Shown: positions 8,476-14,727, counted from the stretch's first letter. The stretch is DNA of 18,558 nt from a virus (IMGVR_UViG_3300032093_008018:1-18558), one strand, 5' to 3'. Translations and numbers: made by a program. The notes: generated by a model not told the origin, from the letters alone.

Positions 8476-8851
8476 TCTCTTTATAACCTGCTCCGGTGGG
8501 GTGAACACCATCTTTTTGTAATTTAGTAATTGGAATTATAACATCATTATAATCTTTTGCAACTAGTTCGACCATCTTTTGTATATGCGGTTTGATAGCT
8601 GGCATTATCCAATATACTTTATCTGCATTTACTCTGTTTCTTAACTGTTGTAATTCCCAGAGTGTGCGAACGCCAGAATGATCGTTAGATCCAAGACTGA
8701 TTATTACAGTTTTAGCTGCTACGGGATTGTCACGATTCTTTTTATTCCAGTCATGACTGTTAATACCGCCTTTACTCAAACTTACACATTCTGGTCTGAA
8801 CTGAGCAGTACCAACAGCAATACTATCACCTACAATTAAACATTCTAACAT
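8456..8851 (-). CDS. SGNH/GDSL hydrolase
   Basis: blocks VGDSIA, SLGSND and DGVHP. Confidence 0.9.
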   Translation of the reverse strand: MLECLIVGDSIAVGTAQFRPECVSLSKGGINSHDWNKKNRDNPVAAKTVIISLGSNDHSGVRTLWELQQLRNRVNADKVYWIMPAIKPHIQKMVELVAKDYNDVIIPITKLQKDGVHPTGAGYKEIAAKTK

Positions 8852-8862
8852 TTAATATCCTT

Positions 8863-8938
8863 TGGAGCGGGTGAACAGTCTCGAACTGTCGACCTTAACT
8901 TTGGCAAAGTTACGCTCTACCAACTGAGCTACACCCGC
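8863..8938 (-). tRNA. tRNA-Gly(GCC)
   Basis: cloverleaf, loop TT-GCC-AA, U73, CCA. Confidence 0.95.
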
Positions 8939-8988
8939 ATTAAATGACACACTACTTATCTCATTGTACGCCATGTGTCAGGGCGAAA

Positions 8989-9141
8989 TTAACTTGGTAC
9001 CACATGAGGAATGTAAGGTACTGCTCTAGGACCACCATACAGTTGTTCAAAAAGTTTTTTAGCCTCTTGCGGTGTATCTGCATAGATTCTTTTCTTTTCC
9101 TCACCACCGGATGTTCTTACAGTTGTTTCATACATTGGCAT
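8989..9141 (-). CDS. small hypothetical protein, 50 aa (MPMYETTV...)
   Basis: AAGGAG 6 nt before ATG 9141; the longer start in the ORF track lies inside tRNA-Pro. Confidence 0.75.
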   Translation of the reverse strand: MPMYETTVRTSGGEEKKRIYADTPQEAKKLFEQLYGGPRAVPYIPHVVPS

Positions 9142-9157
9142 GTCATACTCCTTAATA

Positions 9158-9236
9158 TGGTCCGGGAAGTGGGATTCGAACTCACGATCTCCTGCTCCCA
9201 AAGCAGGCGCTTTAAGCCAGACTAAGCTACACCCGG
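9158..9236 (-). tRNA. tRNA-Pro(TGG)
   Basis: cloverleaf, loop TT-TGG-GA, C1-G72, A73, CCA. Confidence 0.95.
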
Positions 9237-9241
9237 GTAAT

Positions 9242-9317
9242 TGGTTGCAGAGGCAGGATTCGAACCTGCGATTCCCGGCTTATGAGACCGGACGGATGAC
9301 CACTTCCATACTCTGCG
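9242..9317 (-). tRNA. initiator-type tRNA-fMet(CAT)
   Basis: loop CT-CAT-AA with the C1:A72 mismatch typical of bacterial initiators. Confidence 0.88.
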
Positions 9318-9321
9318 TCAA

Positions 9322-9490
9322 ACTTTTATTGATAGTACTCAAGCCTTATAGGACTGAGCAAATTTCTGAGTGGAGTTCGATTCTCCTCATAAGCCATTGC
9401 CCGCAGTTTTATCAGAAGAGAAAGATGGCCCTATTCTTCATGAGTCTGTGCGTCCACAAACGATACCTGCAGAGTGCTATCAATAAAAGT
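9322..9490. ncRNA. candidate structured RNA closed by a 19-bp stem
   Basis: 9322-9340 is complementary to 9472-9490; internal hairpins; strand unresolved. Confidence 0.5.
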
Positions 9491-9688
9491 GTCTAGCCAC
9501 GGTTCCCTGTCCGCCCTAGACTGAGTTGTTACCCTGTCCACTGTATTCTGCTTCTGGCGCCGTTACAGTTCGTACCTAGGATTTCTCAAGTCGCTCCTAA
9601 AGAGAGCCTTGCGGTAGATCCTAAACACCGTACCTTCTATCGCTTGGTAATGGCGCACTTTCTTCCTGAAAAGTGTAACAGGGGTCTG
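9491..9688 (-). ncRNA. candidate multibranched structured RNA
   Basis: non-coding and GC-elevated; nested stems GCGCC-A-TTAC/GTAA-C-GGCGC, TAGGAT/ATCCTA, CC-GCAA-GG, GTCTAG/CTAGAC. Confidence 0.5.
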
Positions 9689-10261
9689 TTAGATCAAACC
9701 TTCTATTTGAAGGACTTGAGCTGCTTCGTCACTGAGTGGAATCTCAGTTTTAATATTAAGCTCAAGAATTTCGTCATTGAGCTTTTGTTTTTGTTTTTTA
9801 AGATTTTTAATCTCGGATTGAATTGCTTTAATCTTTTCCTGTGTCAGTACAGAAGTTGTTACAGTGTCGCCGTAACCATAAATGCGACTACGTGCTTCGT
9901 CTTTGAGACTTTTGATTTTCTCAAGTTTACCTTTAAGTACGTCAAGGCTGGTTACTGCATTGCTGTTAGCAACAGCATCAAGTTGACTAATTCTCTTGTC
10001 AACATAGGCTGCACGAGCCAACTTAAGATCAATGCCGCTTTCGGCATTAGCTTGACCAACTAGGCCGCGAATGTTGTAGAGTACAACCAACAACTTTTCA
10101 CGACGAAGATCAGCTTCTTCTAGTTTTTTTTGTGCAGCAGCAATCTCTGCTTCTACATTTTGAAACTCGTTGAGTTCAAGATTAGTTTCAATCTTGATAT
10201 GTTTGATTGCTTCATTGATGCTGTTTTGTACAGCACTTGCTTTACGTAGTGTGATATTCAT
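9689..10261 (-). CDS. coiled-coil hypothetical protein, 190 aa
   Basis: long helical ORF with AAGGA RBS, overlapping the rpoZ end. Confidence 0.85.
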   Translation of the reverse strand: MNITLRKASAVQNSINEAIKHIKIETNLELNEFQNVEAEIAAAQKKLEEADLRREKLLVVLYNIRGLVGQANAESGIDLKLARAAYVDKRISQLDAVANSNAVTSLDVLKGKLEKIKSLKDEARSRIYGYGDTVTTSVLTQEKIKAIQSEIKNLKKQKQKLNDEILELNIKTEIPLSDEAAQVLQIEGLI

Positions 10262-10487
10262 CTGTTTCTTTCCTTTTTTTGCCTTTAACTTTGCTCAAAT
10301 AATCTTTCCAAGTATATTTGCCTTGTTCAATTTCTCTTAGTGCAGTTACAGTTGTTGAGGCATCCTTTCCTTCTACACGTTGCATAGAACCATTTTTTAA
10401 TTCTCTTGCACGTTGTGATGCCGCTAGCACTAAATTAAATCTGTTTCCAATTTGTTCTACTGCTTTTTCTGATGTTACTTTTGCCAT
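10242..10487 (-). CDS. rpoZ: RNA polymerase omega subunit (phage-encoded)
   Basis: [30 protein letters not shown]...[11 protein letters not shown] matches the RpoZ pattern; AAGGAG RBS; start reassigned to ATG 10487. Confidence 0.9.
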   Translation of the reverse strand: MAKVTSEKAVEQIGNRFNLVLAASQRARELKNGSMQRVEGKDASTTVTALREIEQGKYTWKDYLSKVKGKKRKETDEYHTT

Positions 10488-10499
10488 TGCTCGCTCCTT

Positions 10500-10528
10500 A
10501 TTATAATGACGGTTCGGTAAAAGGTCAA
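10500..10528 (-). promoter_or_regulatory. possible sigma70 promoter TTGACC-17-TATAAT
   Basis: directly upstream of the rpoZ RBS, inside the 3' helix of the upstream RNA candidate. Confidence 0.5.
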
Positions 10529-10783
10529 GTAATAGACCGGACAATTGACAGACAGGATAGCGTATGAGGCATTTCCTTCTACAACGTGCAACAAACAGGC
10601 TACAGAGGCCTGAATATTTCCGATCAGCAATTGACAGTCTAATAAAAGATATTTGGAATCGGTTCACTCAAGCACGACACTTTTCAAGAGTGTTTGCCAG
10701 ATTAAGTCATTGCGGCATGAAGCCACAATATGTCTATTCTCATCTACCTTTTACTTCACCGGTTGCAACATTTCTGTTACAAC
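10512..10783 (-). ncRNA. candidate ~270-nt structured RNA upstream of rpoZ
   Basis: 5' GAAA-capped 9-bp hairpin, long-range helices AAAAGGT/ACCTTTT and AATAGAC/GTCTATT, several internal hairpins, dedicated promoter. Confidence 0.6.
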
Positions 10784-10789
10784 AAAACT

Positions 10790-10818
10790 AGTATATGATA
10801 AAAAAAGACTTTAGTCAA
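10790..10818 (-). promoter_or_regulatory. sigma70 promoter TTGACT-17-TATACT
   Basis: predicted +1 near 10783; the -35 box lies inside the inverted repeat AAAAAGACT-N7-AGTCTTTTT. Confidence 0.75.
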
Positions 10819-10869
10819 GTCTTTTTGAAAAAGTGACAATCTTTTTTGTGTCAGGAAGATTGTCAAACC

Positions 10870-10932
10870 CCGTGAGCGCAGCCCATCCTGTTTTCGCGTC
10901 AGCGGAGGCGGAATATGGTTACAGGTCCGCCT
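10870..10932 (-). ncRNA. candidate two-hairpin RNA with complementary loops
   Basis: AGGCGGA/TCCGCCT hairpin plus a 9-bp bulged hairpin; loop segments CCTGT/ACAGG and CCAT/ATGG are complementary. Confidence 0.5.
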
Positions 10933-10940
10933 TAGATATT

Positions 10941-11015
<75 letters not shown>

Positions 11016-11021
11016 ATATTC

Positions 11022-11720
11022 TTAATTATAATCTTTTTTAAAACTATTGTAAAGTTCTTTAGCTATTAATTTATGACCTTCTATGTTTGGATGGCCGCAT
11101 TTATATTGAAATATTTTATGATGATCTAACATTGAACTAAATTCATCAACCCATTTTAAATTATTTTTATAATAGTCTGGAATAGGCGGACTAGGATTAA
11201 TTCTAGTAAATCTATAATTTATATTCCATTTGTCAAAAAACGATGCTAGAGAATTAAGATGAACTAAAAATTCTGAAATAAACAGTTCATCAGATTCGTA
11301 AAATCTATTTTGTAAGTACTCGTATCTATTTTGTTTAACATTAGGAATTACAACATCTAATTTTATTAAATTAAATCTATCAAATTTTTCATCATAAATT
11401 TCATATCTTGATGGTTCAGTCCATTGTATAACTGCAACCCAGTCTGATAAATTTTCGTTATTTTTTATTTTATCTATAAAAAAATCAAACGTTGTTCTAA
11501 CTATTCTTTGATTTGATCCACACCCAATTGCAAAATTAACTGTTTCTGTACAATTTAATAAATTTGATAAATGAGATGGCCATACAGAAGACAGCCGATA
11601 ATTTTTTTTATCTTGTTCTTCTTTATTAAAAAAACTAGGCCATAATACTCCATCAAAACCTTGTTCTTCTAAGATTCCGCCGCCCCATGTGTGGCTGCAT
11701 CCATTTGCAAATAACTTCAT
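11022..11720 (-). CDS. SGNH-hydrolase-like protein
   Basis: ANGCSHTWG near the N-terminus, GCGSN and C-terminal GHPNIEGH; very AT-rich; ATG 11720 taken as start. Confidence 0.75.
   Translation of the reverse strand: MKLFANGCSHTWGGGILEEQGFDGVLWPSFFNKEEQDKKNYRLSSVWPSHLSNLLNCTETVNFAIGCGSNQRIVRTTFDFFIDKIKNNENLSDWVAVIQWTEPSRYEIYDEKFDRFNLIKLDVVIPNVKQNRYEYLQNRFYESDELFISEFLVHLNSLASFFDKWNINYRFTRINPSPPIPDYYKNNLKWVDEFSSMLDHHKIFQYKCGHPNIEGHKLIAKELYNSFKKDYN
11025..11053 (-). promoter_or_regulatory. sigma70 promoter TTTACA-17-TATAAT
   Basis: directly upstream of tRNA-Asn. Confidence 0.6.
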
Positions 11721-11727
11721 AGACAAT

Positions 11728-11803
11728 TGGTGCTGGAGAAAGGATTCGAACCCTCGACCGCCTGATTACAAATCAGGAGCTCTACCAACTGAGCTACTCC
11801 AGC
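11728..11803 (-). tRNA. tRNA-Thr(TGT)
   Basis: cloverleaf, loop TT-TGT-AA, CCA. Confidence 0.95.
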
Positions 11804-11808
11804 GTTTT

Positions 11809-11970
11809 TTACTTACTGCTCGATTCTAATTGTTTAATACGATTACGAATCTTTGCTTTATCTTTTGGTCTGCTAGATTTCTCTAACATGTCATTGAGTT
11901 GCGCAAGATTTAAAGGACCAAGGCGTGTTTTTCCTGTCTTGGTTTTCATTGGATCACCTTTCTCGCCCAT
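11809..11970 (-). CDS. small basic protein, 53 aa (MGEKGDPMKTKTGKTRLGPLNL...)
   Basis: manually translated ORF, 2 nt after the upstream stop; below the ORF-track cutoff. Confidence 0.65.
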   Translation of the reverse strand: MGEKGDPMKTKTGKTRLGPLNLAQLNDMLEKSSRPKDKAKIRNRIKQLESSSK

Positions 11971-11972
11971 AA

Positions 11973-12101
11973 TTATCGTCCTTGTCCTCTATATGCTTTG
12001 CGAGTTTTATTACTCTTATTCGCAGTAGATGTCTTACTACCATTTTGACAAGTATTTTTGTGAACTCTTTTATGAGTACCTGCTTGACCTTTAACTGCCA
12101 T
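11973..12101 (-). CDS. small basic protein, 42 aa, ending KAYRGQGR
   Basis: manually translated; AAGGA RBS before ATG 12101. Confidence 0.7.
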   Translation of the reverse strand: MAVKGQAGTHKRVHKNTCQNGSKTSTANKSNKTRKAYRGQGR

Positions 12102-12121
12102 AATGTTTCCTTTTTGTTATT

Positions 12122-12197
12122 TGGTGGACCAGACAGGACTTGAACCCGCCACCTTGACCTTGCAAAGGTCCTGCTCTCCCAGATGAGCTACTGGCCC
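12122..12197 (-). tRNA. tRNA-Ala(TGC)
   Basis: cloverleaf, G3.U70, loop TT-TGC-AA, CCA. Confidence 0.95.
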
Positions 12198-12202
12198 TAA
12201 TT

Positions 12203-12406
12203 TCATTTACCGAAATGTTTATCTAACACTTCTAATTTATCTTCATATTCAGCAATGTGTGCTATTTCATTTTCCATTGCAGTCATCCAATCTGTGTGAT
12301 CATGTATAGCAATTGGATTATTTAACATTACTTCTACATTCATGCGATGCTTTTCAACATGACTTTTGAAGTGTGCTTTTGCAGCTTTGAGTAATTGTTC
12401 TCTCAC
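12203..12406 (-). CDS. hypothetical protein, 67 aa
   Basis: ORF with AAGGA RBS. Confidence 0.75.
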   Translation of the reverse strand: MREQLLKAAKAHFKSHVEKHRMNVEVMLNNPIAIHDHTDWMTAMENEIAHIAEYEDKLEVLDKHFGK

Positions 12407-12416
12407 GATAGTTTCC

Positions 12417-12665
12417 TTAGGATTGTTGTACTGCTTTAGATTCTGCTAAACGTTTTTGATACTCTGATTCGGACAATGAATGCCATCCGATGCACTTTCC
12501 AGTTGGACTACGACCGCAGCCACATTTACCAACTTCATTATCGTTTTCTTGCAATTTAGGTGTCATAGTGTTCTTTCTAAAAATATTATCGTAGTTATCT
12601 CTGTAAGATTTTGATGCTGACTTAGTCTGAATGGAATCCCCAGTGACATCATTCTTTGCTACCAT
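12417..12665 (-). CDS. small protein with a possible CDGSH-like/Zn-binding Cys-His cluster
   Basis: CGCGRSPTGKCIGWH motif. Confidence 0.65.
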   Translation of the reverse strand: MVAKNDVTGDSIQTKSASKSYRDNYDNIFRKNTMTPKLQENDNEVGKCGCGRSPTGKCIGWHSLSESEYQKRLAESKAVQQS

Positions 12666-12840
12666 TATCCCTAGATCCTTCGTTTCGTTTACCTTTTTCT
12701 CTCTTGGGCTGAATAGCTGCTGCTAATTCTGCTTGAATAGCACTACGTTTAAATGCGCCACGTTCGTGATTATCAATAATAGTTGCTATCAATCTTTTGG
12801 ACTGCTTACTTAACTTAAAGTTTGGACCTGCTTTTAACAT
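12649..12840 (-). CDS. small basic hypothetical protein, about 63 aa (MLKAGPNF...)
   Basis: AAGGA RBS before ATG 12840; the longer version in the ORF track overlaps tRNAs. Confidence 0.7.
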   Translation of the reverse strand: MLKAGPNFKLSKQSKRLIATIIDNHERGAFKRSAIQAELAAAIQPKREKGKRNEGSRDNGSKE

Positions 12841-12860
12841 TATTTTTCCTTTTATAAACT

Positions 12861-12948
12861 TGGCGGAGAGTATAGGATTCGAACCTATGCGCCACTTTCG
12901 CAACGACGGTTTAGCAAACCGCTGCCTTAACCACTCGGCCAACTCTCC
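12861..12948 (-). tRNA. tRNA-Ser(GCT)
   Basis: type II cloverleaf, loop TT-GCT-AA, G73, CCA. Confidence 0.95.
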
Positions 12949-12953
12949 AATTC

Positions 12954-13053
12954 TGGTGCCTCTGGCAGGACTCGAACCTGCACACGCCGGCTTATCTGGC
13001 CGGTGCTTTGGGGAGATATAAGCTCCCGTCTTTACCAATTAAGCTACAGAGGC
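12954..13053 (-). tRNA. tRNA-Ile(TAT) with a 29-nt variable arm
   Basis: anticodon stem GGGAG/CTCCC, loop CT-TAT-AT; acceptor end GCCT/AGGC-A shared with the Ile(GAT) gene; CCA. Confidence 0.85.
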
Positions 13054-13062
13054 CTGATACGC

Positions 13063-13137
13063 TGGTGCATCGTAATGGAGTCGAACCACTGACATTCGCC
13101 TTGTAAGGGCGACGTTCTACCGCTGAACTAACGATGC
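13063..13137 (-). tRNA. tRNA-Val(TAC)
   Basis: cloverleaf, loop CT-TAC-AA, CCA. Confidence 0.95.
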
Positions 13138-13138
13138 A

Positions 13139-13351
13139 TTAATTTCTTTCTACAACTAATTTATCTAAGTAAACTTTAACTTCATCAAAGTTTTGAAAAA
13201 ACACAGTTTGTCCATCAATGTCGAGTTGCCAAACTTCATCGCCTTCCTGAGGTCCTGGTTTTTGTTCTATAGAAAATTCTATTCCACCAAGAGCTTGTTC
13301 ATATTTCTGCATTAATTCTGCAAATTCAAAAAAGTCAATATCTTCTTCCAT
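13139..13351 (-). CDS. small acidic hypothetical protein, 70 aa (MEEDIDFF...)
   Basis: AGGA RBS overlapping the tRNA-Leu CCA; start reassigned to ATG 13351. Confidence 0.65.
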   Translation of the reverse strand: MEEDIDFFEFAELMQKYEQALGGIEFSIEQKPGPQEGDEVWQLDIDGQTVFFQNFDEVKVYLDKLVVERN

Positions 13352-13360
13352 AATATTCCT

Positions 13361-13437
13361 TGGTGCCCCAGAGGAGACTCGAACTCCTAAAATTTGGCTT
13401 CTAAGACCAACACGTATACCAATTCCGTCACCGGGGC
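13361..13437 (-). tRNA. tRNA-Leu(TAG), short variable loop
   Basis: 77 nt, loop CT-TAG-AA, A73, CCA. Confidence 0.93.
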
Positions 13438-13460
13438 ATAAAAATTTAATTATTGCAGAA

Positions 13461-13646
13461 TTACTTAGTCTTGTCAACAACTTTTCCTATTTTTTCTAAT
13501 GCATCTTTACGCATAAGGAATTGTCTTTCTTGTCCTGGTCGATGAACAACAAGATATTCCACTCCATCTATAGTTTGAACAACCTTAGGATCATTACAAT
13601 AAAATTGTTCACTGTTCATACGATTTTTGAATAATAAGGTTTTCAT
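13461..13646 (-). CDS. hypothetical protein, 61 aa
   Basis: AAGGAG RBS, ORF between tRNAs. Confidence 0.75.
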   Translation of the reverse strand: MKTLLFKNRMNSEQFYCNDPKVVQTIDGVEYLVVHRPGQERQFLMRKDALEKIGKVVDKTK

Positions 13647-13662
13647 GTTAATCTCCTTGTTC

Positions 13663-13739
13663 TGGTACGGATGGAGGGACTCGAACCCTCAGGACTCAGA
13701 TTTTAAGTCTGATATGTATACCAATTCCATCACATCCGC
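13663..13739 (-). tRNA. tRNA-Leu(TAA), short variable loop
   Basis: 77 nt, loop CT-TAA-AA, A73, CCA. Confidence 0.93.
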
Positions 13740-13742
13740 ATA

Positions 13743-13818
13743 TGGTGCTGCCTCTAGGAATCGAACCTAGTTCAACGGCTCTTCAGACCGCCGCTATGAC
13801 CACATCAGCTAAAGCAGC
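13743..13818 (-). tRNA. tRNA-Phe(GAA)
   Basis: cloverleaf, loop CT-GAA-GA, CCA. Confidence 0.95.
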
Positions 13819-13820
13819 AT

Positions 13821-13896
13821 TGGGGTGTCCTACGAGTATCGATCTCGTACTTCCAGTTTCACAGACTAGTATGCAGGCCACTACATTAAGGACACC
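13821..13896 (-). tRNA. tRNA-His(GTG)
   Basis: encoded G-1 opposite C73, loop CT-GTG-AA; atypical T loop ATCGATA. Confidence 0.92.
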
Positions 13897-13898
13897 AT

Positions 13899-13974
13899 TG
13901 GCTGGGGATGATGGACTCGAACCACCGAATGCCGGAATCAAAATCCGGTGCCTTACCAACTTGGCGAATCCCCA
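13899..13974 (-). tRNA. tRNA-Gln(TTG)
   Basis: U1-A72, loop TT-TTG-AT, G73, CCA. Confidence 0.95.
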
Positions 13975-13979
13975 ATAAC

Positions 13980-14056
13980 TGGCCGGTCCTGCAGGATTTG
14001 AACCCACAACCTCCTGTTTCGAAGACAGGTAGTCTCTCCAGTTGACGTAAGGACCG
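13980..14056 (-). tRNA. tRNA-Arg(TCG)
   Basis: loop CT-TCG-AA, A20, CCA. Confidence 0.92.
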
Positions 14057-14067
14057 ATTAAATTGAA

Positions 14068-14288
14068 TTGTAGCCCAGTGTCCTCAGGTTTATCACTAGT
14101 GTTTACGCATACAGAGCCGGACTTCCTTATGCGGAGGTTTTCCAGGACATGTCACTTGAGATACTTAACCAGCGGCAACCAATCTGCGCGGATCTTCCGA
14201 TCCGCTGGGAGTTGAACCCACATCTGCTTTACACTGTATTAAGTTTCGAACCTCTCAACAATGTGTTTTTCTCTTGCTGACGCTACAA
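14068..14288 (-). ncRNA. candidate ~220-nt structured RNA with two T-loop hairpins
   Basis: terminal stem TTGTAGC/GCTACAA; AGG-TTCGAAA-CTT, TGGG-TTCAACT-CCCA and GCGGATC-GGAA-GATCCGC hairpins; not a cloverleaf. Confidence 0.65.
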
Positions 14289-14291
14289 ACT

Positions 14292-14366
14292 TGGTGCCTG
14301 TTCGTGGGAACGATCCACGGACCCTCGCCTTATCAAGACGATGCTCTACCACTGAGCTAAACAGGC
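14292..14366 (-). tRNA. tRNA-Ile(GAT)
   Basis: loop TT-GAT-AA, CCA; atypical T loop ATCGTTC. Confidence 0.92.
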
Positions 14367-14367
14367 A

Positions 14368-14442
14368 TGGTGGTAATGGAAAGAGTTGAACTTTCACTGA
14401 ACACCGTATGAAGGTGCTGCACTACCGTTATGCTACATTACC
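14368..14442 (-). tRNA. tRNA-Met(CAT) elongator (Ile2 not excluded)
   Basis: loop TT-CAT-AC, paired G1-C72; acceptor stem unlike the two Ile tRNAs. Confidence 0.8.
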
Positions 14443-14519
14443 ATATAGAAACACACGAACAACAATGTGCTATGCACCCTGCTTCTATGTGTGCAGGCTG
14501 TGGTTAATATGTTTTTATA

Positions 14520-14594
14520 TGGTAGGAGCACAGGGATTTGAACCCTGGACCAACGGATTAAAAGTCCGCTGCTCTACCGCTGAGCTATACTCCC
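14520..14594 (-). tRNA. tRNA-Lys(TTT)
   Basis: cloverleaf, loop CT-TTT-AA, CCA. Confidence 0.95.
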
Positions 14595-14656
14595 ATATAG
14601 TCCGTATTAAGTTGATTTACTGTGCCAACCTGGACCATACGGGATTCCAGGCGACA

Positions 14657-14677
14657 CTACTGTTTACCTCGTTTCAT
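14657..14677 (-). CDS. possible minigene MKRGKQ followed by a hairpin
   Basis: AAGGAG RBS 6 nt before ATG; TAG after 6 codons; promoter at 14699-14727. Confidence 0.4.
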   Translation of the reverse strand: MKRGKQ

Positions 14678-14698
14678 GTCGTTCTCCTTTGTGAACAT

Positions 14699-14727
14699 AA
14701 TTTACTTTCATTTAAGATTCTTGTCAA
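14699..14727 (-). promoter_or_regulatory. sigma70-like promoter TTGACA-17-TAAATT
   Basis: perfect -35 box with a 17-nt spacer. Confidence 0.55.

Noticed and set aside
10512-10783. T-box riboswitch reading of the RNA upstream of rpoZ
   Set aside because: GGTGAAG is present, but there is no UGGN antiterminator bulge (GGGUGGUACC-like) and no terminator before the gene
12649-13480. Long N-terminal extensions of ORFs 12649..13038, 13139..13480, 8989..9201 and 10242..10667, and ORFs at 5446, 9140, 10777, 13742, 13783, 14408, 14724, 15537 and 15670
   Set aside because: They run through tRNA genes or structured RNA; internal ATGs with SD motifs give better starts, or the ORFs are spurious
14443-14519. 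Possible pseudoknot or ribozyme between tRNA-Lys and tRNA-Met (CCTGC/GCAGG, GTGC/GCAC)
   Set aside because: Only short stems, with no recognisable twister, HDV or pistol core; may be ordinary spacer structure
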